Source: Candidatus Omnitrophota bacterium
Lineage (GTDB): Bacteria > Omnitrophota > Gorgyraeia > Zapsychrales > Zapsychraceae
Reading direction: 5' to 3'
Assembly: GCA_015233115.1 (NCBI GenBank)
Contig: JADFYJ010000001.1
Span: 3,084 to 67,083, forward strand
DNA: 64,000 nt
Numbering within the stretch: the stretch's first letter is position 1; each line of letters begins with the position of its first letter. Below, in pieces: positions 30,157-38,542 of the stretch. The position numbers and the translations under genes were made by a program. The notes below the pieces were generated by a model. The model was not told where the DNA came from, ran no database searches, and worked only from the letters and a program-made list of their open reading frames with translations.

Positions 30157-31470
30157 ATGAAACAATCTGATAAAATTGAAGTTATCGTGGTAGGAGCAGG
30201 GCCATCAGGCTTGGCTTGTGCTTATACTTTAGCCAAAGCGGGTGTGGAGGTTCTTGTTTTAGAGCGAGGTGAATATCCGGGCGCCAAAAATATGTTTGGC
30301 GGGATATTTTTTTCTAGTATCATGGAAAAATTTTTTCCGAATTTTTTAGAAGATGCTCCTTGGGAACGTTTTGTGGGGAAAAGAAAATTTGCTCTTTTGA
30401 CAGGTGACAGTGAGATGACGTTTGAAATGAGCCCGAGTTCGTTTAACCGATCGCCGTTCAACCATTCATTCATTGCGCGCCGCGGGCAGATGGATCAGTG
30501 GTTTGCTAAGAAGGTTGAAGAAGCGGGCGGAAATATTATCCCAAATTATTGCGTGCGGGATTTTTTGTATGAAAAAGGTAAAGTCGTAGGTATTACCAGC
30601 GGCGGAGATGATGACAGTTTTTTGGCGGATTGCATTGTGTGTTCAGAAGGCGCGAATTCGCTTTTAACGGAACGGGCAGGATTACGTGAAAAGATCGGTC
30701 CTGAATATCGTTCGATCGCGGTGAAAGAAAATATCCGTTTCTCGCAGAGTGTTCTGGAAGACCGTTTTGGAGTGACCGGACAGCAAGGGGCGGCATATGA
30801 GTATTTTGGTTCATCAGTTAAAGGGCTTTTAGGCAATGGCTTTATTTACACAAATAAAGACAGTCTTTCAGTCGGCGTAGGATTTTCATTGAGTGATTTT
30901 ATTAAAAGCGGTAATAAAAAAACACCTCATGATATTTTAGAAGAATTCAAGTCTCACCCATCTATAGCGCCTTTAGTGCGCGGCGGTGAAACTGTTGAAT
31001 ACATGGCGCATATGATTCCGTCAGATGGATACAACCGGTTACCTAAATTTTACCGTGACGGATTGCTGATTACCGGTGATGCGGCAGGATTATTGAATAC
31101 TTCGTTTTTTCATGAAGGAGTGAATTTGGCCATGCAGTCGGGTATTTTGGCAGCGGAAACAATTATCGAGGCTCGGGCCAAAAAGAATTATTCGTCAGAA
31201 AATTTATCCAAGTACGAAGAGAAGTTGAATGCGAGTTTTATTTTACAGGATTTAAAAAATTGTAAAAATTTCTTAAGTTTCCTGACCACTCATAAAGCGA
31301 TTATTAATGAATATCCCGCTCTTATGAATGATATTTTGGTCGAATATTTTACTGTTTCTGAAAAGCCAAAGACGACGATCAAAAAAGAAATTTTTAACCG
31401 GATCCGGAAGAATGTGAATATACCCCGGATGGCGAGTGATATGTGGGGAGCATGGAGGAATTTAGTATGA
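30157..31470 (+). CDS. fixC: FixC-like FAD-dependent oxidoreductase
   Basis: GAGPSG, ERGEYPGAKNMFGG, GFIYTNKDSLSVG, GDAAG. Confidence 0.9.
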   Translation: MKQSDKIEVIVVGAGPSGLACAYTLAKAGVEVLVLERGEYPGAKNMFGGIFFSSIMEKFFPNFLEDAPWERFVGKRKFALLTGDSEMTFEMSPSSFNRSPFNHSFIARRGQMDQWFAKKVEEAGGNIIPNYCVRDFLYEKGKVVGITSGGDDDSFLADCIVCSEGANSLLTERAGLREKIGPEYRSIAVKENIRFSQSVLEDRFGVTGQQGAAYEYFGSSVKGLLGNGFIYTNKDSLSVGVGFSLSDFIKSGNKKTPHDILEEFKSHPSIAPLVRGGETVEYMAHMIPSDGYNRLPKFYRDGLLITGDAAGLLNTSFFHEGVNLAMQSGILAAETIIEARAKKNYSSENLSKYEEKLNASFILQDLKNCKNFLSFLTTHKAIINEYPALMNDILVEYFTVSEKPKTTIKKEIFNRIRKNVNIPRMASDMWGAWRNLV

Positions 31471-31784
31471 CACCGGAAACAATCATCCACGCTGCTCCTC
31501 ATGGAAAGAAAAAATTGACATTGGAAGATAAGCTTTATTTGGTTAAAACCAAAAAAGATAACATCAGCCATATTACGATTGAACATAAAAAGTGCACGCG
31601 GTGTCAGAATAAAGTTTGTTTGCGGGTGTGTCCGGCGAATACCTATGAAGAACGCGACGGAAAAATTGAAGCTGCTTATGAAAATTGTTTGGAATGCGGC
31701 AGTTGTAAAGTAGCATGTCCTGAAGGCGCAATTAAATGGGAAAATCCCCGCGGAGGTTTTGGGGTGACATTTTTGAATGGATGA
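31467..31784 (+). CDS. fixX: FixX-like ferredoxin
   Basis: CPA..Y, YENCLECGSC..AC, W.NPRGGFGV. Confidence 0.9.
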   Translation: MTPETIIHAAPHGKKKLTLEDKLYLVKTKKDNISHITIEHKKCTRCQNKVCLRVCPANTYEERDGKIEAAYENCLECGSCKVACPEGAIKWENPRGGFGVTFLNG

Positions 31785-31789
31785 AATAA

Positions 31790-31866
31790 GGGTTTTTGGT
31801 TGTTAGTTTTTGGTTGTTGGTTGACTAGACTAATTATTTTTTCCAAAAACCATCAACTATCAACAG
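31790..31866. repeat. Heptamer-arm inverted element
   Basis: ggtttttggttgttagtttttggttgttggttg ... ccaaaaaccatcaactatcaac. Confidence 0.8.
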
Positions 31867-31881
31867 TAAAAAGGAGAGGTT

Positions 31882-32052
31882 ATGGCACATGTAATTGGCG
31901 GGGCTATCGCAGTGGTTTTAGGTGTGGCAGGAATTATCGGCTGGTGGGATAATTTTGGTGATTTTTTACGCGGTGGTATTCCTTTGGCTCTTTTCCTCGG
32001 TGGTTTAATTGCCGTGAATACGGGAATCAAATTTTTAAAGGAAAAGAAATAA
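31882..32052 (+). CDS. mamI: Magnetosome protein MamI (56 aa, absent from the ORF track)
   Basis: Translated by hand: MAHVIGGAIAVVLGVAGIIGWWDNFGDFLRGGIPLALFLGGLIAVNTGIKFLKEKK, with the MamI WW..FLRG..P.AL..GL.A..G pattern; AAGGAG RBS. Confidence 0.85.
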   Translation: MAHVIGGAIAVVLGVAGIIGWWDNFGDFLRGGIPLALFLGGLIAVNTGIKFLKEKK

Positions 32053-32055
32053 TTT

Positions 32056-32301
32056 ATGCGTAATGCGTATAAAGTGAAGAAAGAAACCTGTTTTAGCCCT
32101 TGGCTAGGATTTATGGTTATTGTGGCGGTGTGTATTATTATTGCCGGCGGGATTTTTATTGAATCCAAAACGCATCCGCGTAAGCATCGAAGGACACATT
32201 TAAAACCAGTGCCGCAAGCAGCTCCAGCACAGCAGGTGGCTTTTCCTAATCCGGCCGACACGGGCGTCGTACCAGATAGGGATAGTAGGATTGTATTTTA
32301 A
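32056..32301 (+). CDS. Small single-TM protein of the magnetosome cluster
   Basis: One TM, His/Arg-rich patch, QQVAF motif; starts 3 nt after the mamI stop. Confidence 0.65.
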   Translation: MRNAYKVKKETCFSPWLGFMVIVAVCIIIAGGIFIESKTHPRKHRRTHLKPVPQAAPAQQVAFPNPADTGVVPDRDSRIVF

Positions 32302-32392
32302 TTTTTTTGAGAAGATCGAAGTTAGACAATAGAAGATAGAAAAAGCGGTTGATTAAAGAAATAATTTTTATTTTTTTGGTTTTTAGTTTTTG

Positions 32393-32458
32393 CATTGTCA
32401 CGTTGTTACGTTGTCACGTTGTTACGTTGTCACGTTGTCACGTTGTCACGTTGTTACT
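32393..32458. repeat. Tandem octamer array (TTGTYACG)x8
   Basis: cattgtcacgttgttacgttgtcacgttgttacg... directly upstream of the mamE RBS. Confidence 0.9.
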
Positions 32459-32478
32459 ATAAAAATTTAGGATAATAT

Positions 32479-33870
32479 ATGTCAGAAGACAATAGAGAAG
32501 ATTTTTGTAATCAGCCGATCGGGCCCTGGATCGTTGGCGTAATCGTGATATCGATTATGCTGGTGATTTGGATCGTGATGAAACGGGAAGACATTATTCA
32601 TAGCGTTGAAATGGAACAACCTGTGCTTCCTAAAATCAAAATGTCCACAGCTGGAGAACCATCTTTTCCGACAGCAGTAACGCCAGCGGCCTTTAACAAA
32701 CAGACTCCGGTGGATACAAATTATCGGGTTGCGGCGATTACCAAGGCTACTCCTAATGGCGGTATGCAGTTGGTCGCGAATCAAACAAATGGCAATGGCG
32801 GCGGTTTTCAAAATTCTTTAAAAGACGCGGTGAATTCTATTATTCCTACGGTGTGTGATGTGCATGCCCGACGGGCAGCTACGGCTCCAAATGTCAAGAA
32901 AAATGTGGACGCTCAGAATTTAAAATTTGTTCCGCCTTTTAGCGGCGCTATTGATAAATTTGTTGAAAATAAAGGATTTGAAAATATCGGAGCGGGGATG
33001 TTGGTTGATCAGCGTGGTTATGTATTGACGAATTATCATGTAACGCAGGATGCGACGGATATCGTGGTAACAGTGTTTGGGCCGCCATCTCAGGATTATC
33101 ACGCGGATATTGTTGCCAGTGATCCGGCCAATGATTTGGCTCTCATTAAAATTAAAGCAGCCGGTACGTTTCCGGAAGCCAAGATAGGTGATTCCAGTTT
33201 TACTCAGATAGGCGATTATGTCATAGCTGTAGGCAGTCCTTTTGGCATTGAGCAGACAGTGACGAGCGGCATCATCAGCGGTATTCGTAAATCTATTGTG
33301 ATTGAAGGCGTCCGTTATCAAAATCTTTTTCAGACGGATACGCCAATCAACCGTGGTTCATCAGGCGGTCCATTGGTTAATTTAAGAGGAGAGGTGATTG
33401 GGATTAATTCGGCTATTTATGCCCCTACCGGCGTTTTTAGCGGGACTGGGTTTGCGATACCGATCAATGATTGTAAAGATTTTTTGGCCGTGAATTTGGG
33501 AAGAAATTATTCAATACCGGTTGATCAAAAAGGCATGTTAGCGCCGAACGTGGCGGATTTAAATAAAACCCAAAAAGGTCCTATTCCCATTCATTTTGGT
33601 ATCGAAGTAATGCCGGTCAATGATATCATTGCTAAACAGTTTGGGATTAGCGAGCATGGTGGAGTTTTGGTTAACCGCGTTTTGGATGTATCGCCAGCCA
33701 GTTTTGCGGGAATTCAACGCGGAGACATTGTGGTTTCTGTCGCGGGTGTTCCAGTTAAGGGGATGGATGATATTCCCAAAATTGTCGCGCATTTTAAAAC
33801 CGGTGATAACGTGAATGTCCGGATTCTTCGCAATGGAAAAATCGATGAGGTTCTGGTAAAGTTACAATGA
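32479..33870 (+). CDS. mamE: MamE-type HtrA/trypsin protease with one PDZ domain (no magnetochrome)
   Basis: N-terminal TM, triad TNYHV / NDLAL / INRGSSGGP (GSSGG as in MamE), C-terminal PDZ; MGC context. Confidence 0.85.
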   Translation: MSEDNREDFCNQPIGPWIVGVIVISIMLVIWIVMKREDIIHSVEMEQPVLPKIKMSTAGEPSFPTAVTPAAFNKQTPVDTNYRVAAITKATPNGGMQLVANQTNGNGGGFQNSLKDAVNSIIPTVCDVHARRAATAPNVKKNVDAQNLKFVPPFSGAIDKFVENKGFENIGAGMLVDQRGYVLTNYHVTQDATDIVVTVFGPPSQDYHADIVASDPANDLALIKIKAAGTFPEAKIGDSSFTQIGDYVIAVGSPFGIEQTVTSGIISGIRKSIVIEGVRYQNLFQTDTPINRGSSGGPLVNLRGEVIGINSAIYAPTGVFSGTGFAIPINDCKDFLAVNLGRNYSIPVDQKGMLAPNVADLNKTQKGPIPIHFGIEVMPVNDIIAKQFGISEHGGVLVNRVLDVSPASFAGIQRGDIVVSVAGVPVKGMDDIPKIVAHFKTGDNVNVRILRNGKIDEVLVKLQ

Positions 33871-34463
33871 AAATAAAACCGAAATCAAAATTTACGATTT
33901 TAAATATTCAAAAGCAAATTATGGAATTTGCCAAAGAAAAGCCTTGGCATTTGGCGGGCATTGCGGTGGCCGTGGTTATTGTGGTACAGTTTGTTTGGTC
34001 TTATTTAACCGCTATAGAATTTCTTCCTGAACCTCAGCGTGCCCCGGTGCACAGGGCTATGGTGATTGATAAAGGGGATAGTTTAATTTGGGTTGATATG
34101 GAAGTGACGGCTGTTTCAAGAAGTATAAGAAAATCATTTAAGATTCCTTCTAATATAAAGGGAATGTTCGTGATTGATGAAGGGAAACAATCCGCCCAGC
34201 AATACGGAGTTAAAACTGGCGATGTTATTGTTTCTATCGGGCGCAGGCCGGTACCAACTGCTTCTGCTTTTGTTAAGATTGCCAATAACGTTAAATACTC
34301 GGATGGAATTCTTTTAGACATTTACCGGGATGGAAATCAGTTATATATTACCATTCCTTTTGCGTATCAATATGGCCCCGTTATGGGCCCCAATAAAGGA
34401 AGTTGGCAGCTTGGTTCACCGGCGGTCGGACAAGCCATTCAATATGGTCCAATAGTCAGGTAA
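33867..34463 (+). CDS. TM + PDZ protein (MamE-Cter-like)
   Basis: W.DMEV, GVKTGDVIVSI PDZ pattern; overlaps the mamE stop. Confidence 0.75.
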   Translation: MKIKPKSKFTILNIQKQIMEFAKEKPWHLAGIAVAVVIVVQFVWSYLTAIEFLPEPQRAPVHRAMVIDKGDSLIWVDMEVTAVSRSIRKSFKIPSNIKGMFVIDEGKQSAQQYGVKTGDVIVSIGRRPVPTASAFVKIANNVKYSDGILLDIYRDGNQLYITIPFAYQYGPVMGPNKGSWQLGSPAVGQAIQYGPIVR

Positions 34464-34472
34464 AGGGAAAAT

Positions 34473-36164
34473 ATGGTAACACGTACTCATGTAAAAAAGC
34501 ACAACCCCTCATTAGAAGAAATTTCCGCAAAGATTAAAAATGCGGATTTGAACACCTATTTTATTTTTGGCGCTATCCTCATCGTTTTGATTGCGGGTGT
34601 TTATGCTTTGTTCGCTCCTGAAACGACCAATGAGCCGGTCGGAAATCCTGCCTGCGGAAAAATTGTGGTTGCAACGGATGGGTCAACGCTAGCGTCGAAA
34701 GTTTCGTCCACTTTACCGGAAGCGCGGTATTTTCTGGTTGTCAATCCTTTGACTAAGAGATTGGTTGAATCAATCAAAAATCCTTATCAGGGTAAAGTGC
34801 CGAATCCTCAGATTGCTTATTTAATCGCCGGTAAGGGTGAAGAAGCAGTTATTGTCGGAAGCATTGATCAAGAGAGTTATAATATTTTTAATCAATTTAG
34901 CATTCGGGTGTTTGGCGGGTATCGAGGCCAGGCTAAACAAGTTATTAGTTTGTACCGCAAAGCGAGAATAGGACAGATGGCGCGTCCGACCATGAGCGCT
35001 CCTCAAAATGTTAAGGGACATGCGCAAGTAGCTTTTCAAGGTTTGACAAATTTTGTTTGTCCGCGATGCGGTCAGACGGCTAATGGACAAAATTATAGAG
35101 GCGCAGGTTGTCCGATTTGTCCTAATTGCGCGATCCAGATGATGCAGCAAAATACTTTGCCGCAAAGACCCATGTTGGGACGACAGAATGCCCTGGGTAT
35201 GCGTATTAATCAGCCGTATTGTCCTATTCCCAATGCGCAAAATTCTCAGAATGTTCCTATGCAGAATCAAGTGGGTACTCAGAGTGGAGTACAGGCTGGC
35301 GCAGTTATTCAGGATATATACAGCAAAGGTGTTATGGATGGCTTAAGCATGAAAAATAATTTTGCCGGCGGATTACAGGCCGCGTTTGGTTTTGGCCAGC
35401 AAGCTTTTGTATGTCCGGTTTGTAATTGGCGGATGAAAGCTTCTAAACAAGGGAATAATTTTCCGGCTTGCCCGAATTGCGGTTCGCCTATGGCTTTGGA
35501 TATGTCGAAACAAAATCAAGAACCACAAGGGCCGTTTGCGGAAGGGGTATTTGCCGCTAACACTGTTCCTGCGGTTCAACCCGCTTATCCGATGAATAAT
35601 CAGGCGAATAATCAAATGAATATAAATCAAGGTAATGAATTAACCCAAGCTTTTCAATGTCCGAATTGTAATTGGCGGATGTATGCGAAGCAAGGTGCTA
35701 ATGAATTTCCACAATGTCCCAATTGCGGTCAGATTATGGCACGGGCAGGCAATGCATTCCAAAAACAAAATACTCAAAACGGTGCTTTTGCCAATAACGG
35801 AAATTTTGCGGCACAAATCGCGCTTCCACAAAATAATCAAGCTGCGGCAGGAACGACCACTGTGGCTCCACCGATTTTTCGTAACGCGGTTATGCCTCAT
35901 GAATATCGGGGAGTTTGCGAGAATTGTCATATTATTCGGGCTGATATCGCGATACCGGCGAATGCGCAAATGCCGCATCCATACCGCGGGATTTGTTCCA
36001 ATTGCCATCAGATTTTAGGAACTGGGGCTGGAGTACAAAATAACAATCAAATCGCGGTTCAGCCAAATGATCCGGCTATGATGCAGAATGATCCAACAAC
36101 GCAAAATCAATTTCAAAATAATACGGCCCCGGATCAGGGTGTCGCGCATGTGGGAATAAAATAG
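34473..36164 (+). CDS. TM + NifB/NifX-like domain + three CxxC..CxxC zinc ribbons + two magnetochrome domains
   Basis: KIVVATDG..L.SKVS...ARYFLVV; CPRC/CPNC, CPVC/CPNC, CPNC/CPNC; PPI..MPHEYRGVCENCH and MPHPYRGICSNCH. Confidence 0.8.
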   Translation: MVTRTHVKKHNPSLEEISAKIKNADLNTYFIFGAILIVLIAGVYALFAPETTNEPVGNPACGKIVVATDGSTLASKVSSTLPEARYFLVVNPLTKRLVESIKNPYQGKVPNPQIAYLIAGKGEEAVIVGSIDQESYNIFNQFSIRVFGGYRGQAKQVISLYRKARIGQMARPTMSAPQNVKGHAQVAFQGLTNFVCPRCGQTANGQNYRGAGCPICPNCAIQMMQQNTLPQRPMLGRQNALGMRINQPYCPIPNAQNSQNVPMQNQVGTQSGVQAGAVIQDIYSKGVMDGLSMKNNFAGGLQAAFGFGQQAFVCPVCNWRMKASKQGNNFPACPNCGSPMALDMSKQNQEPQGPFAEGVFAANTVPAVQPAYPMNNQANNQMNINQGNELTQAFQCPNCNWRMYAKQGANEFPQCPNCGQIMARAGNAFQKQNTQNGAFANNGNFAAQIALPQNNQAAAGTTTVAPPIFRNAVMPHEYRGVCENCHIIRADIAIPANAQMPHPYRGICSNCHQILGTGAGVQNNNQIAVQPNDPAMMQNDPTTQNQFQNNTAPDQGVAHVGIK

Positions 36165-36172
36165 GAGAGCAT

Positions 36173-36412
36173 ATGGAACCATTTTCAATGTTCGGTGTTA
36201 TCTTGTTATCCGTGGCAGCTGGTGCGGTGTTGTCGATGGTTTCCAAAAAACCGCAAGCTCCAGTTAATAATAAAATTCAGTCTGCTGCGACGGAAAAGCC
36301 GGTTGTCCAGCAACAGGAATTAGTTTCTGAATATACAGAAGAAAAAGTACCAGGAATCATCGATGCTGAAAAAGAAAAAGCCATTGATGATTTGATTGAG
36401 AAAAGGAGTTAA
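36173..36412 (+). CDS. Small single-TM hypothetical protein in the MGC
   Basis: AGGAG RBS, N-terminal TM, charged tail, tight operon spacing. Confidence 0.65.
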   Translation: MEPFSMFGVILLSVAAGAVLSMVSKKPQAPVNNKIQSAATEKPVVQQQELVSEYTEEKVPGIIDAEKEKAIDDLIEKRS

Positions 36413-36414
36413 TC

Positions 36415-36672
36415 ATGGCAACAACGAAACCTATTATTTGTACATTATGTAATGGTGAAATGCAGCTTTATACCGGGCCCCGCTATAATAAAAAATTCAG
36501 CGGTGGTTTAATTATCGGCGGTATTTTTGCGACTTGCTTTTGGATCGGCGCGGTTTTAGGAATTCCGCTTATCGTGATGGGCCTATATATGACTGGTTCT
36601 AAACGTCATTTGTGGGTGTGCAAAGATTGTAATACAGCAATTGAACGTGTTGAAATTAACACTAAAGGATAA
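36415..36672 (+). CDS. CxxC-hydrophobic hairpin-CxxC (LITAF-like zinc ribbon) membrane protein
   Basis: CTLC ... hydrophobic segment ... W.CKDC; AAGGAG RBS. Confidence 0.7.
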   Translation: MATTKPIICTLCNGEMQLYTGPRYNKKFSGGLIIGGIFATCFWIGAVLGIPLIVMGLYMTGSKRHLWVCKDCNTAIERVEINTKG

Positions 36673-36678
36673 TTTATT

Positions 36679-36837
36679 TTGGTTTTTGGTTGATAGTTTT
36701 TGGTTGATGGTTATGAAATGATTCTCCAAAAATTAAAAACCTTTTACAACAACATATTTTATTTAATTGGTTATTGGTTTCGGTTATTTAAATATTTCGT
36801 TTTTTCCAAAAACCACTAACCATCAACAATCAACCAG
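36679..36837. repeat. Heptamer-arm inverted element
   Basis: ggtttttggttgatagtttttggttgatggtt ... ccaaaaaccactaaccatcaacaatcaacc. Confidence 0.8.
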
Positions 36838-36854
36838 CAAAATTAATATTTATC

Positions 36855-38063
36855 ATGCCCAATCAAATTAAAGAATATCATCGTAAGCGAATGCAGAGAT
36901 TTTGGCTTGTGGTAATGATTGTTATCATTGGCATTTTCCTTCTGGCCGCGCTTATGCATATCGGCGCGGGCGACGCGGAGTGGGGCGGGATGTCTGTTTC
37001 TAACGCGACGCCTATGATGATGATGGAACATAATATTCCGAAAGATGAACAAGGGGTCGTCGTTGATTGGTGCGAAGATCCAGCCTATGCGGCAGGGGTG
37101 CGGGCTGGAGATCTACTCAAAGCCATTAACAATCAAAGGATCAAAAATTTATCGGATTTTTTGAAAGTGACAAAGAAGACCAGTTTGGCTCCGGGCGCTT
37201 TATTAGACATTTTACGTAATGGCCAACCGCTTTATATTACGATGGAAAATAAGATTGGCATTCACGATCAGCTTAAAAAATCGCTTAACATTGATCCGGG
37301 CACTACTGGAACAACGGCAGGAAATACTAGTACGACTGATGTTCCGTTATCCGCAGGTGTAGGCAAATCAGTACATATTCCGGTTGCGGTTAATAATACT
37401 CAGGCGATTATTCCGGCAGCTTTTGCCAATCGTTCTCCGGCGGAAACAGCGGAGGCAGGGGTTAATGTTGCCCCAAAGGGTATTCCTAATATGAGTTTAC
37501 CTACGCCTAAAGAACAAGGCGCGGCTCATAAAGAATTAGTGGAAGGACATTGGCTGGGCTTAGAACTTATTCCTTTGACTGTCGAGTTAGCCACGGAATA
37601 CCGTGTTCCTCCGGATATTAAAGGGGTTCTGGTTGATGAAATATGTCTTGAGGCTGCTGAATCCGGAATTCTCGCCGGTGATATGGTGGTGGCGATTGAG
37701 GATGAATCAACGCCCGATTTAACCGCTTTTTCAGAAGCAACCAGAAATGTTAAAAATAGGTCTAAAGCGAAAGTACTTGTTTCACGCCGTGGAAAATTAA
37801 TGACCTTTATTATTACCTCTGATAGAACTTTAGGCTTTTCACAGAATGAGGCAGCTCAACCTATCACGCCAGGTGCGCTCAGTCCTCACCGCAGCAGGAA
37901 TAAACCATGTACAACTTGTCATATTATCATGCTGACCGGCGGTCAGCTTCCAACAGACGCGGGTGATATATTACCTAATCCGCCGCCGATCGCCAAAGGC
38001 GCGGTTGCGCCCCATGAATACCGGGGTAAATGCAAAACGTGTCATATTATTTTGAAAAAGTAG
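36855..38063 (+). CDS. mamP: Magnetosome protein MamP (2 PDZ + 2 magnetochrome domains)
   Basis: EGHWLGLELIPL..GVLVDE..L.AA.SGILAGD; PITPGA.SPH..CTTCH; PPPI..PHEYRGKCKTCH. Confidence 0.9.
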   Translation: MPNQIKEYHRKRMQRFWLVVMIVIIGIFLLAALMHIGAGDAEWGGMSVSNATPMMMMEHNIPKDEQGVVVDWCEDPAYAAGVRAGDLLKAINNQRIKNLSDFLKVTKKTSLAPGALLDILRNGQPLYITMENKIGIHDQLKKSLNIDPGTTGTTAGNTSTTDVPLSAGVGKSVHIPVAVNNTQAIIPAAFANRSPAETAEAGVNVAPKGIPNMSLPTPKEQGAAHKELVEGHWLGLELIPLTVELATEYRVPPDIKGVLVDEICLEAAESGILAGDMVVAIEDESTPDLTAFSEATRNVKNRSKAKVLVSRRGKLMTFIITSDRTLGFSQNEAAQPITPGALSPHRSRNKPCTTCHIIMLTGGQLPTDAGDILPNPPPIAKGAVAPHEYRGKCKTCHIILKK

Positions 38064-38065
38064 TC

Positions 38066-38542
38066 ATGGCTTCAAAAATAAATATGAATGATAATGCCGG
38101 ATATTTGCCGATTTGTTTTTATATTGAAAGAAAAGCGTGCTTAGTTGTCGGCGGCGGCAAAGTGGCATTTCGCAAAATTACCATACTCAAAAAATTTGGG
38201 GCTGTCATAACTTGCTTGAGCCCGATTTTTGTTAAACCGCTGGAACGACTTCACGCAACGGCAAAAATTAAATGCGTCAAACGCGGTTATCCGCAGACTT
38301 TGTCTTTAAAAAAATATGCTTTGGTCATTGCCGCGACGAATGATCCGGTTGTTAATAAACGCGTGGCTTCCGACGCTAAACGAGATAATGTTTTGTTTAA
38401 TGTGGTTGATAAAAGTGCAGCTGGTTCGGTAATAATGCCGGCTATTTTGAAACATAAAGGGATGCTTATTAGTGTATCTACCGGCGGCCGCAGTCCAAGC
38501 CAAGCAAAGAAAACACGAGATATTTTAAAAGGTGTGATATGA
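38066..38542 (+). CDS. sirC: Precorrin-2 dehydrogenase / sirohydrochlorin ferrochelatase (SirC/CysG N-terminal type)
   Basis: LVVGGGKVAFRK, VIAATND, NVVD, STGGRSP. Confidence 0.88.
   Translation: MASKINMNDNAGYLPICFYIERKACLVVGGGKVAFRKITILKKFGAVITCLSPIFVKPLERLHATAKIKCVKRGYPQTLSLKKYALVIAATNDPVVNKRVASDAKRDNVLFNVVDKSAAGSVIMPAILKHKGMLISVSTGGRSPSQAKKTRDILKGVI

Noticed and set aside
31860-32261. 133-aa minus-strand ORF
   Set aside because: Antisense shadow of mamI and the 32056 gene, which have RBS or operon support.
30157-36164. Nitrogen fixation locus (fixCX + NifX-like domain)
   Set aside because: No nifHDK/ENB. The NifX-like domain is fused to magnetochromes in a mam context.
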